A stretch of DNA of 64,000 nucleotides from Rubripirellula sp. (lineage in GTDB: Bacteria > Planctomycetota > Planctomycetia > Pirellulales > Pirellulaceae). The notes under the pieces were generated by a model. The model was not told the origin of the DNA, did no database searches, and worked only from the letters and a program-made list of their open reading frames with translations. The DNA is taken from contig OZ244207.1 in NCBI GenBank assembly GCA_965216875.1, positions 3,296,001 to 3,360,000 of the forward strand, given 5' to 3'. Position 1 is the stretch's first letter. Each line of letters starts with the position of its first letter. The position numbers and the translations under genes are program-made. Shown here one piece after another: positions 9,494 through 20,635 of the stretch.

Positions 9494-10073
9494 ATCGCTA
9501 CCTTCGGTGTGATGTGAAAAAGAGCCCTAGCAAGTTGTTGATCCCAATGCTCCACGCTTTGAATCTGCTACACGCTTGTCATCAGCAACATGGTGCAGTG
9601 GAAGGGACGACTCACTATGAATAGTAAACCCCAAACGGAAGAGGAGTACTCGTCTGTTTGTCTGAACGCTCTACGAGACATGATGAAACGAAGTTCTGAT
9701 TTGTTGCAATAGCACGCGGCATACACTGCGGCGAACCGCACGATTTTTCAAAGAAAACGATCGTCGACGTCATCGAAGCTTCTCAATGTTCACGACGTTG
9801 TTCACTTCTTAAAACCGCCACCGTCCTTTTTTCATTTGCAAAGACCAGTTGACCCGACAGTCTGTCAGACCAATCGAAGCACCACCTCTGTTGAGTGATC
9901 GTAGAGCAGTGTAGAGGACAACCAAGGTGTGAAAATGTCACGGTGAATAATTCATCACAACGGAAGTGGCTTGTCGCATAATTGATCGCTGTCGCAATAT
10001 GGGCCGTTGTTTCATTCTGATTCGAAGTCCATTGCCTGAACGTTGGCTTTGCGAAACGAATGTCTCACAAACG

Positions 10074-10105
10074 AAAAACGGCCAGCGAGAAGACTCGCTG
10101 GCCGT
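10074..10105 (-). terminator. groEL intrinsic terminator
   Basis: ACGGCCAGCGAG-TCTT-CTCGCTGGCCGT-TTTT on the minus strand. Confidence 0.85.
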
Positions 10106-10133
10106 GCGTCAAATCAATGTGAGGGGTGACACA

Positions 10134-11786
<1,653 letters not shown>

Positions 11787-11884
11787 CTATTTCGAAGCGG
11801 TCGTTGCCAGAACGCGTTTCTCAGCGTCTCAATCCGAACGCGACTCGTGCCCGAGTCGAAAGACCGCAATACCATCGACAGTGT

Positions 11885-12202
11885 TTATTCGATCACCGCC
11901 AGAACATCGTCTTCACGCATCAGCAGGTATTCGACGTCGTCAACTTCGACGTTTTCGCCTGCGTAGCTGCTGAAGAGAACGTGATCGCCTTCTTTGAGTT
12001 GGCTTTCAGCGCGGGAGCCGTCGTCGAGCAACTTGCCGCTGCCAATGGCAACCACAACGCCTCGAGCTGGCTTTTCCTGGGCTGAATCGGGAAGAACGAT
12101 GCCGCCCGCAGTGGTCGATTCGCTCTCTTCACGCTCCACAACGATGCGTTCGCCCATCGGTTGCAAACGAATTTTTGCCTTCTTTTTGGTGGCAGTCGCC
12201 AT
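11885..12202 (-). CDS. groES: Co-chaperonin GroES
   Basis: LQPMGERIVV..TTAGGIVLPDSAQEKP..GVVVAIGSG..YAG..EDDVLAVI. Confidence 0.98.
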   Translation of the reverse strand: MATATKKKAKIRLQPMGERIVVEREESESTTAGGIVLPDSAQEKPARGVVVAIGSGKLLDDGSRAESQLKEGDHVLFSSYAGENVEVDDVEYLLMREDDVLAVIE

Positions 12203-12379
12203 CTCCGTGACACCTTTCTCTGTGCGGGAAGGGATATGTAAGGGGTATACGGTTGTCCAATTCGGGTTGGCGGACGCCAGCGAACTGGATTGATTCCAGT
12301 GTTGTTGGCCTCCTTTTTGAAGGAAGCCCTGTCCTGGGTGCGCAGCTTTGGCAGCGCGGACTCAGTCCACCCACTTCGA

Positions 12380-12395
12380 AGCAAGTCGTGTGCCA
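12380..12395 (-). promoter_or_regulatory. sigma54 (-24/-12) promoter of groES-groEL
   Basis: Minus strand TGGCAC-ACGAC-TTGCT, an exact TGGCAC-N5-TTGCW consensus about 180 nt upstream of groES. Confidence 0.7.
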
Positions 12396-12573
12396 GACCG
12401 TCCAGTTTTGCTCGCAAATCCAAACCCACAAACAACTTAGCGACTTCCGAGGTTTGGAAAGGCAGTTCCCCCCGACCAAATTGGCAGTCCGTGCGGAACC
12501 GCCGGCGAGCGCTGACTTGAAGAACCACGCTCTGGCGAGCGTAACTACAACACGGGTTAACGCGAGCTCCAAC

Positions 12574-12685
12574 AATCACCCTCCGGCTTGCGGGAGGGTC
12601 GGACGCAAAGTCCGGGGAGGGAACACTTCAAAGAACAAACGCTCTCCGGGCCTTAGAGCCCGACTCTCCCAAGGGAGAGGGTTAA
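12574..12685. repeat. ~110-bp dispersed bipartite palindromic element, copy 1
   Basis: ATCACCCTCC..GGGAGGGTCGGACGCAAAGTCCGGGGAGGGA-var-CTCTCCGGGCCTTAGAGCCCGACTCTCCCAAGGGAGAG; copies at 33230 and 37722. Confidence 0.9.
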
Positions 12686-12701
12686 AACGCGCAGTCGCTT
12701 A

Positions 12702-12740
12702 CCGGATCCGCGTCGCTGTCGCTCCTTGATCCGGCCTACG
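12702..12740 (-). repeat. GTAG-type REP resembling the enterobacterial PU (GTAGGCCGGAT..ATCCGG)
   Basis: Minus strand CGTAGGCCGGATCAAGGAGCGACAGCGACGCGGATCCGG; single copy in window. Confidence 0.55.
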
Positions 12741-12842
12741 GCCGACGAAAGGGGCAAACGCTGCCTGCTTGCATACTCTGGCACCTTGGAATCATCCTGT
12801 TAGCCCCTCACAAGAACCAATACCCTCCCTCGGATCCACAAC

Positions 12843-14615
12843 ATGTCTCCAATGACGGGCTCACGTTCAACCCACCTGCTGGCCGCCGCGCTGCTTTTCA
12901 TCCTCGCGGTTCCTACTGCCAACATTGCCTACGGCCAAGAGAATTATCCCGCTGATCCCGCATCCTCGCCCAAAGATGGCGTCCCCAAGGGGACAGTCAC
13001 AAAGCATGAGTTTTCAAGCAGCAAGGTTTATCCAGGGACGGTACGCGATTACTACATCTACGTTCCGGCGCAGTATCGCGAGGATCAACCTGCAGCGTTG
13101 ATGGTGTTCCAAGATGGCCGCAACTACGTCAACGAAAAGGGTTCATGGCGCGTTCCAACGGTCTTTGACAACCTGATCGCTGCGGGCGAAATGCCGGTCA
13201 CCATTGCCGTTTGCGTCAACCCAGGCGTCGTTCCAGGCGGGGATGACGCCCAAGACCGCTTCAACCGAAGCTACGAATACGATTCGGTCAGCGACCGCTA
13301 CGCGTCGTTTATCGTCGACGAGCTCCTTGCCGAGGTTGGCAAACAATACAGCATCACCGACGACCCTAATCGTCGAGCGATTGGTGGTGCGAGCAGCGGC
13401 GCGATCGCAGCTTTTGGAGTTGCCTGGCATCGCCCCGATCAATTCCGCCGCGTTTTCAGCACGATTGGCACCTATGTGGGCTTGCGCGGCGGCAACGAAT
13501 ACCCGTCGATGATTCGCCACAGTGAACCGAAGCCGCTTCGAGTATTCCTGCAAGACGGCAGCAACGACTTGAACATCTATGGCGGCAGCTGGTGGAACGC
13601 CAATCTAACCATGCTCTCGGCTCTCGAATGGGCGGGCTATGACGTCAAGAACGTTTGGGGAGAAGGCGGACACAACGGAAGACATGGCGGTGCCATCTTG
13701 CCTGAGGCGATGCGGTGGCTATGGGCCGATTTCGACAAGCCCATCCAATCGCGTTCCGTGGAATCACACCCAGAACTTAAACAGCGACTGATCCAAGGAG
13801 AGGACTGGGAGTTGGTCAGCAAAGGGCACAAGTTCACCGAGGGGCTCGCAGTCGCTCCCGACAATGCGGTTTACTTTGCCGACACGGCTCGTGGCGAAAT
13901 CTGGAAAGTGAACGCTGACGGAAAGGGGGCTACCAAATTCGCTGACAACCTTCCAAGCGTTGCAGGCCTGATGTTCGATGCCGACGGCAACCTTTACTGC
14001 GCCCAATACGGACCAGGCACGATCACCAAGATCGACCCGCAAGGCAGTCGCACTACCGTTGCCTCGGCCGGCTCCTGCAACGACCTGGTTGTCTTGGATC
14101 ATGGAATCTATTTCACCGACTCGGAAAAGAAAGCGGTGATGTACGTGCCTCATGGTGGCGAGGCGCGCAAGGTGGGATCAGGACCTTCGATGCCAAACGG
14201 AATCATTACCACCCCCGACCAACGCTTTCTATTGGTCGCCGACTACTCAGGTCACTATGTCTGGTCGTTTCGCATCGAAGACGATGGCAATCTCGCGCAC
14301 GGGCAACCCTATTCCTACGTGCTCAAACCACGCGACGAACTGAGAACGGATGCCGACGGCGTCACGATAACAAAGGATGGACAGCTCGTGGTTGCCACCA
14401 AGCTTGGCATTCAGATCTTTGACCAACCCGGCCGATCTCACGTGATCCTTTCGCGTCCCGAACGAAAAGGCATGTTGACCAATTGCGTGTTGGCTGGTGA
14501 AGAGATGGACACGCTTTACATCACGCTCGGCGGCAGCGTCTACAAACGCAAAACGCGACTAACCGGGATCGCACCGTGGCAAGCCAAAGTCGCTCCGCCA
14601 AAGCCTCGGCTTTGA
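12843..14615 (+). CDS. Exported fusion of Fes-like alpha/beta esterase and SMP-30/gluconolactonase beta-propeller
   Basis: Signal peptide; VYPGTVRDYYIYVP..FQDG..GASSG nucleophile motif; C-terminal FTEG..PNG..ADG..TNC propeller motifs. Confidence 0.9.
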   Translation: MSPMTGSRSTHLLAAALLFILAVPTANIAYGQENYPADPASSPKDGVPKGTVTKHEFSSSKVYPGTVRDYYIYVPAQYREDQPAALMVFQDGRNYVNEKGSWRVPTVFDNLIAAGEMPVTIAVCVNPGVVPGGDDAQDRFNRSYEYDSVSDRYASFIVDELLAEVGKQYSITDDPNRRAIGGASSGAIAAFGVAWHRPDQFRRVFSTIGTYVGLRGGNEYPSMIRHSEPKPLRVFLQDGSNDLNIYGGSWWNANLTMLSALEWAGYDVKNVWGEGGHNGRHGGAILPEAMRWLWADFDKPIQSRSVESHPELKQRLIQGEDWELVSKGHKFTEGLAVAPDNAVYFADTARGEIWKVNADGKGATKFADNLPSVAGLMFDADGNLYCAQYGPGTITKIDPQGSRTTVASAGSCNDLVVLDHGIYFTDSEKKAVMYVPHGGEARKVGSGPSMPNGIITTPDQRFLLVADYSGHYVWSFRIEDDGNLAHGQPYSYVLKPRDELRTDADGVTITKDGQLVVATKLGIQIFDQPGRSHVILSRPERKGMLTNCVLAGEEMDTLYITLGGSVYKRKTRLTGIAPWQAKVAPPKPRL

Positions 14616-14629
14616 ATGAAGCAGTAATC

Positions 14630-14653
14630 GGTGCGTGCGAGCACACACCCTAC
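14630..14653 (-). repeat. GTAG-type REP family C, copy 1
   Basis: Plus strand GGTGCGTGCGAGCACACACCCTAC; copies at 16823 and 29254. Confidence 0.75.
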
Positions 14654-14710
14654 TGGGTCCAGCCGCTTACGCTGCTCGAAGCGGAGCACATGCAGTACGG
14701 GTCAGCGCAT

Positions 14711-14752
14711 AAAAAATGCGAGCCGGTTTTCCATCCTGTCAAACCGGCTCGC
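14711..14752 (-). terminator. Intrinsic terminator with U-tract on the minus strand (orphan)
   Basis: 12-bp perfect stem GCGAGCCGGTTT/AAACCGGCTCGC followed by ATTTTTT on the minus strand. Confidence 0.6.
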
Positions 14753-15792
14753 GATCACTGCGTGCTCGAAGCTGTTGATTCGATCCATCGTCTCAATCAG
14801 CAGCAAACCTTTGAGCGAAGTTTCATTCGCAAAAAATGCAGCAAAAATAATTAGGGAGTGACGTCCGTGTCCGTAAAGGCTCGGTCCGTCAGTGCCAACT
14901 CCCGAAACTTAGGTCATCGCTTTCCTTGCGACGCGCCGCGGAACATCGAGTCATTCGATCGTCCTGTGGTCTTTCTCGCACCAACAACTTGGTGCGGTGT
15001 TCGGTGGGTTGCCAACACTGTTTGTTGACAGGCGAGCGCTGCTAAGGGCGAACATCAGATGGAAGAGTGGGAGGCAATCCGACGGAAACAAGCAAGCTTG
15101 TGTCATTCGGGATTCGCATCTCACATTCTCCAGATAAGTATGAAAGTTTTCCCGCGTCGCGTTGTTCGTTGATCGAACTGGCAACGCTTAAGGAATGTTG
15201 AAGATGGGAAGAATGTGGCGATGTTCGATTGCGTTGTCAACAACAAAGTGAGGCGACTTTTTTTTTTCAAGCGAACCAATTCTCGAAACACAACAAAATG
15301 CAGTCTCGCAACGTCGAAAGTTTTTTGCGGATCAATTTTGGACTCGAAACTCGTCTTGATCCATGTCGCATTTTTCGTTTCCCGGTTGTCGTTGTCGCCG
15401 TTCATGTTTCATCACGTGCGACTTAACAATCGAGCGTGCAAGGAACCAACCGCGCGCGCCCGAACCGAGTTGATCAGCGCGTCTTCAAACGTATCGACCG
15501 CAGCATGCACAAGGACCGAAGCAACCGTACCGAACATGCGGTCACCCGAACGCAACTTCGCACGCGGACGCCCGTGGTTGCACGTGCACTCAATGTGATC
15601 AAACGCGCGGCTGATACGTCACGCCGCGACGCAGCTTGACCCCACCAACGGGGCGTTACTTTGGCGAAAAAGTGGCCTAAACCCGCGATAGCGATCGACA
15701 ACGCACAAAAAACTTGACGAGCGACTCAGTTGACCATTAGCCTGAATGGGTTATCAGCTTATCGGCAATTCGCCAACACGGAGGCAAACGCG

Positions 15793-16266
15793 ATGGTCGG
15801 ATCGCTTCCGCTAGTCAAAACACTCACGATCAATCCTGCTTTCTTGCAGGAGATCAAGGACAGTAACCCCGACCTTTGGGACACTGTTCGTCAACTTCGT
15901 CAGGCGTGTCGTTGCGACAGTGAGCCTGCACGAACCGCGCGTAGCTTGGCACGTTTGCTAGATGCTCTACGTGATCATTTGGCCCTTCAGTTTTCGCTCG
16001 AAGAATCCTACGGCTACCTTGAAGTGCCGTTTGACCAGCACGGTGAAGTGGTCGCCAAGCTCGCCCGAGAAACTCACTCGCAACACTGCAGTCTCTATTT
16101 GCGGCTTAGCGAATTGGCCGAGCAGGCCGAAGAGTTGCAATATCGGGGGGTCGAGCCGACACAATTGCAAATACTGGTTCAATGCACCCTCGATTTCGAC
16201 CAATTGTTGCGCGATCACGAAGAATCCGAGCATGAACTGATCGAACGTTCATACCGATTCGTTTAG
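15793..16266 (+). CDS. Hemerythrin-like helical protein
   Basis: GGAGG RBS before ATG 15793; DHLALQFSLEE, THSQH and DHEESEH resemble hemerythrin HxxxE/H ligand helices. Confidence 0.7.
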   Translation: MVGSLPLVKTLTINPAFLQEIKDSNPDLWDTVRQLRQACRCDSEPARTARSLARLLDALRDHLALQFSLEESYGYLEVPFDQHGEVVAKLARETHSQHCSLYLRLSELAEQAEELQYRGVEPTQLQILVQCTLDFDQLLRDHEESEHELIERSYRFV

Positions 16267-16343
16267 AATACGTTTACGAACTTCGCGGTGAAGGGAACAC
16301 CGCCAACTCGCTGGGGCTTTCGCATGTCAAAAGTGGTGGCGCG

Positions 16344-16802
16344 ATGGACATAATCGGTGACTCAAAAACCAAACCGATGGAAATCCTGTTGGTCGAGGAT
16401 GGGTTGACCGATGCTCGGGTGACCATCTTTGCTTTACGCCGATCAGGGGTGTATCACCGATTGACCCTTGTCCGCTGCGTGAAAGAAGCCATCCAGTTCC
16501 TCAAGCGAGACGGCATCTTCAAGCGTGCCCCGCAACCTGACCTTTTGTTGTTGGACATGATGCTGCCCGATGGCTATGGCATCGATGTTCTCGAAGCAAT
16601 GCAAGAGTTCGAATCCGACATGAGCCGAACGACCTCAGTGGTCCTGACAGCCTCTCATGACGATGGCTTTCGCAAACGTTGCAACGAATTGAACGTTCAA
16701 GACTACATCATCAAGCCGGTTCACGAAGACAAGTTCATGCGTGTCATTCGTGACAACAAAAAGCTGATGATTCACAGCACTCCGATGCTTGCGACCGTCT
16801 AG
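16344..16802 (+). CDS. Single-domain response regulator (Rcp1/CheY-like receiver)
   Basis: ILLVED, PDLLLLDMMLP, VVLTAS, IIKP. Confidence 0.9.
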   Translation: MDIIGDSKTKPMEILLVEDGLTDARVTIFALRRSGVYHRLTLVRCVKEAIQFLKRDGIFKRAPQPDLLLLDMMLPDGYGIDVLEAMQEFESDMSRTTSVVLTASHDDGFRKRCNELNVQDYIIKPVHEDKFMRVIRDNKKLMIHSTPMLATV

Positions 16803-16822
16803 GTTGGATTCGCAAGGGATTT

Positions 16823-16846
16823 GGTGCGTGCAAGCACACACGCTAC
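16823..16846 (-). repeat. GTAG-type REP family C, copy 2 (its TAG is the DUF1552 stop)
   Basis: Plus strand GGTGCGTGCAAGCACACACGCTAC. Confidence 0.75.
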
Positions 16847-18144
16847 GAATCGAGTCCGCGGACTCCGCTTGCGGTGCTGCTGCCGAATTGGTCGACTTCG
16901 ACTCCCATACGCTGAGCCAGTGCGACAAATAGGTTGGCAAGTGGCGTGTTATCGTCGCTGTCGTGAGCAACGTAGCGGCCGTGATCGTAGCCGCCCCCCG
17001 CAACAATGATCGGCAGGTTGTGCCAATCGTGCGAGCTTGCGTTGCCGAGGTTGGACCCGAACAAAACAGACGTGTGGTCGAGTAGCGACTTACCGTTCTC
17101 TTCGATTGAAGACAACTTGCCGAGGAATTCCGCAAAGACTTCGAACTCCGCCTGTTCGATGATTTTCAGTTCTTCAATCTTGGCCGGGTCTTTGCCATGA
17201 TGACTCAGACCATGCCAATCACTGTTGACTCCCTCGATGGTTGGTACCGAATTCATACCGCTAAGCAGGTAAGTAATCGTGCGCGTCGAATCGGCCTGAA
17301 GTGCCAGCGCGATCATGTCATACAGCATGCGTTGTTTTGCGATCGCGTCGTTCTTGTCGGTAACGTCTTTCGGTTGTTCGGCGTCCACTTTCGGCTTTGG
17401 ACGCCGCGCCCAGCCTTCCGATTGCTGTAGCCGATGCTCGAGATCACGAATCGCCGCGAGGTATTCGTCAAGTTTGTGGCGGTCGATCGATCCGAGTTCG
17501 CGTTCCAACTGGTCGGCTCGCCCACGAACCGTATCAAGAATGCTGCGGCCCCTTTTGAGTTTGCTGACTTCTTGCTCAACCTCCTTTTCTGTCCCATTGA
17601 TAAAGAGAGCCGCGAAAAGCTTTGACGGAGAGGTCATCGCGGGAATCTCGACACCACTCGTCGTCCAAGACATGCTTCGCCCGCTCGTCGAGAGCGCCAG
17701 GAACGGGTACCGCGTTTCGATGCCGATCTTTTGCGCGATCAACTGGTCGACCGAAATCGAATTTCGAAAACCTGCCAACCCCGGTCGCTTTGCGGAGGTC
17801 AACCAAGTCAGCTCCGAAGCGTGGCCATTGTTTCCCTGTTGCTGTGGGTGGGACAGCCCGGAAAAGAGAGTGAGGTTGTCCAGGTGATCGGCGAGAGATT
17901 CCAAGTAGGGCGTCGAGGCTTCGTTTTGACCTTCACTCTCGGGGAACAAAAAGGGCGCATGAAACCCGAGCGTGGCGCACATCGCGACAAACCGCTTGGG
18001 CGACGATGCCCCGGTCGGCTCCAATGCAAGCACCTGCTGGCCGAGCGTTGGCCCCATCGCCTCGAGAAGCGGCAACCCGATGGCGGCAGCACCCGAGCCT
18101 CGCAAGAAGTGGCGGCGACTCATGGGATTTCGAGCAAATGACAT
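16843..18144 (-). CDS. DUF1552 domain protein (Tat-exported)
   Basis: SRRHFLRG..GLPLLEAM Tat signal; ISVDQLIAQKIG, WHGLSHHG, FGSNLGNASSH..NLP..AGG. Confidence 0.92.
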   Translation of the reverse strand: MSFARNPMSRRHFLRGSGAAAIGLPLLEAMGPTLGQQVLALEPTGASSPKRFVAMCATLGFHAPFLFPESEGQNEASTPYLESLADHLDNLTLFSGLSHPQQQGNNGHASELTWLTSAKRPGLAGFRNSISVDQLIAQKIGIETRYPFLALSTSGRSMSWTTSGVEIPAMTSPSKLFAALFINGTEKEVEQEVSKLKRGRSILDTVRGRADQLERELGSIDRHKLDEYLAAIRDLEHRLQQSEGWARRPKPKVDAEQPKDVTDKNDAIAKQRMLYDMIALALQADSTRTITYLLSGMNSVPTIEGVNSDWHGLSHHGKDPAKIEELKIIEQAEFEVFAEFLGKLSSIEENGKSLLDHTSVLFGSNLGNASSHDWHNLPIIVAGGGYDHGRYVAHDSDDNTPLANLFVALAQRMGVEVDQFGSSTASGVRGLDS

Positions 18145-18217
18145 AGCGACGCGTCTAGTTGGAATGAGAGGGAAGGGGAGTGCTCTGTGATTTGGCAGAG
18201 TTTCGTTGGGCTGGGGC

Positions 18218-20635
18218 TTACTTGTGATTGAACGCCGTGCTTGAAACAACGAGCTCAATCAAATCGCCAATCCGATGATCATTCAATTTCGATTTTGCGA
18301 CGATCTTTTCGATGAGAGGTCGATCCGAAAAGCCCATCTCACGCCCTGTTGCAAAGGTCAACAACTTGGTCGCGAGTGTACGTGCCAAACGGTCATCGTC
18401 GCTGGCCAGCCTATCGCGAAAGTCGACAAAGCCATCGAATCGTTCGCCATTTGCCATTTCGCCACTGGCATCAACCTGCGGCCCCAATCGGTAGCGAACA
18501 CGACGGCCAGCAACCAGCGTCTCGACGCGATCACCTTGGCCAAGGCTTCGGAAACGCTCGCGCCAACCTCCAATCGGATTGAAACTTTCAAGCGCAAACC
18601 CGGGTGGGTCGATCATTGCATGGCAACTTCGACAACTATCAAGATCGCGGTGCTTGTCTAGCAACTCACGCAACGTCGTTGCGCCGCGAATGTCCGGTTC
18701 AACACCCGCGATGCCCGCGGGAGGTGGTGGAGGCGTTTGTCCCATCAAGCGTTCCATCACCCAAACACCGCGAACCACCGGCGATGTGTTGGTTCCGTTT
18801 GCCGACACTTTCAAGATGCTCGCTTGTCCCAGCAAGCCGCCTCGAACGCCCGACACCGGAATGTCCACTTTGCGCACTTGCGGTGATGACACACCCTCGA
18901 TGCCGTAATGATGCGCCAAACGCACATTCAGCATCGCAAAGTTCGGCTTGACCAGCGATGTGACCGGAGCGTTTTCACGAATCACCGTCTTCAAGAATTC
19001 GCGAGTCTCGGCAAGCATCGAAAATTGAAGGAATGGATCAAACTCAGGAAAAAGACTCTTGTCCGGACTCGTGAATTCAATGTCGCGCAAATTGAGCCAT
19101 GCATCCGCAAAATCATCAATGAATCGGTCAAACCTTGCGTCCGCCCGTAAGCGTCTGGATTGTGCGATCAGCGTTTCGTGATCACTCAGCTTGCCTTGAT
19201 CCGCCAAGCGACGAAGTTCCTCGTCGGGCGCCGTTCTTGTCAAGAAATAGGCCAAGCGCGTTGCGAGGGCATGTTCATCAAGTTGGCCCGGTCGTTCCTG
19301 CATGTATAGAAAGTCGGGCGAACAAAAGATCGCTGCCACCGCCGTTCGCATGGCAGATTCAAAATCAGCTCCCGCGGCGCGCTGCTCATGAAACAGTTCG
19401 CGATACCGCGCGAGGTCCGCATCGTTTACGGGCCGTCGAAAGGCTTGTGCGGCGACCCGATGCAGGACGTTGTTGATCGCATCATCGGAAGCTTCGATCG
19501 CGAACTTCGGGACGTACCAAGACTTTTGCTTATCGCGTGGATTGCGAGGTTCGATCTCCGTGCGTTTCAAGCCATCAAAAAGCAGATGGTGACCGCGACT
19601 CGGGAATTGATCCACCAATGGCCCTTCCAATTCGACGTTCACAATGGCGAGCCCCGGACCGGTATAGCTTTCGATTCCCTTTTTTCGAATCTCGTTGTCT
19701 CGATCAGCGATCCCCCAGGGCGTCAACTCGATCATGTAGTTGCGATCGACATGAGCCTCGATCTCGATGGTCGTTGGTTCACCTGGCGGCACGGCGTGGT
19801 ATGCGAACGTTGGTCGCTCGGCGCCACGCTGGAAGGTGGTCGCGCCGATTGCGAACGTGATTGGAACTTCGGATTGATAGGCGTATCCCGTCACCGCGAT
19901 CCGGTACTTTCCGGCCTCGCGAACGTTTGCTGTCCGCAGCATTCCTGTCGGGTAGCCGAGCGGCCTAAAGAAGACAACGGCGCCATCGTCGGCCTGTTTC
20001 CATGCCGACCCGATGTGCTTTTCGCCCTCGACGGTGTCGGCGTAGTTTGCGTTCTTGATTGTCGGAACGGGTGCGTCGACCCGCTTGGCAATCGCGGCAT
20101 CCATGACCGAGTCGATCGCATCGAGATAACGTTGAAGCTGCACCATCGAAATGCTGAGTGACTCTCCCACGTTGTCAAACTCATGCGACCGACCGTCTTC
20201 GGGCAACATCGACTCAAGATCAAGATTGGTTCCAAACAGATCGTTGAGGGTGTTTTGGTACTCGCGACGGTTGAGTCGTCGCATCACCGTCCCTTTTGAC
20301 TTTGCGTGCGATGCATGAAGCGATCGACCAAGCAGATTCCGAAACGCTTCGTAGTGTTGCCCGTCGACCTCGTCGCCGTCAGGTGGCATTTCACGATTGA
20401 CGACACGATCGAACACGCGTTGCCAGCGTTCAAAACTCGCTGCGTCCGAGAGATCGACGTCGAGCACATCGATCTGCAAGCCACCCTCGTCAGCACCGTC
20501 GCCGTGACAGTCGTTGCAGTACTGCGAGAAAAAAGGCTGAAGCTTTTCCGCCGGCGCATCGTCCGCGACGCAGAAACCGGAACTGGCCAGCAGGATCAAA
20601 CAACCGATCCAAACAGCATGTCTTGATGCAGTCAT
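18218..20635 (-). CDS. DUF1592/DUF1588 (PSD/PSCyt) planctomycete cytochrome c-type protein
   Basis: CNDCH, MRRLNRREYQNTLNDLFG, TSPVVRGVWV, CRSCH..DPPGFALE; start 20635 or 20656. Confidence 0.92.
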   Translation of the reverse strand: MTASRHAVWIGCLILLASSGFCVADDAPAEKLQPFFSQYCNDCHGDGADEGGLQIDVLDVDLSDAASFERWQRVFDRVVNREMPPDGDEVDGQHYEAFRNLLGRSLHASHAKSKGTVMRRLNRREYQNTLNDLFGTNLDLESMLPEDGRSHEFDNVGESLSISMVQLQRYLDAIDSVMDAAIAKRVDAPVPTIKNANYADTVEGEKHIGSAWKQADDGAVVFFRPLGYPTGMLRTANVREAGKYRIAVTGYAYQSEVPITFAIGATTFQRGAERPTFAYHAVPPGEPTTIEIEAHVDRNYMIELTPWGIADRDNEIRKKGIESYTGPGLAIVNVELEGPLVDQFPSRGHHLLFDGLKRTEIEPRNPRDKQKSWYVPKFAIEASDDAINNVLHRVAAQAFRRPVNDADLARYRELFHEQRAAGADFESAMRTAVAAIFCSPDFLYMQERPGQLDEHALATRLAYFLTRTAPDEELRRLADQGKLSDHETLIAQSRRLRADARFDRFIDDFADAWLNLRDIEFTSPDKSLFPEFDPFLQFSMLAETREFLKTVIRENAPVTSLVKPNFAMLNVRLAHHYGIEGVSSPQVRKVDIPVSGVRGGLLGQASILKVSANGTNTSPVVRGVWVMERLMGQTPPPPPAGIAGVEPDIRGATTLRELLDKHRDLDSCRSCHAMIDPPGFALESFNPIGGWRERFRSLGQGDRVETLVAGRRVRYRLGPQVDASGEMANGERFDGFVDFRDRLASDDDRLARTLATKLLTFATGREMGFSDRPLIEKIVAKSKLNDHRIGDLIELVVSSTAFNHK

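Noticed and set aside
9971..9998. TTGTCGCATAA resembling the XerC arm of a dif site
   Set aside because: No XerD arm (TTATGTTAAAT-like) after the 6-bp spacer.
12597..12665. GACGCAAAG..GGGCCT resembling a c-di-GMP-I riboswitch
   Set aside because: Part of the thrice-repeated palindromic element; lacks the GGCAAA..GAAA P2 arm, varies to GACGTAAAG, and one copy sits between convergent genes.
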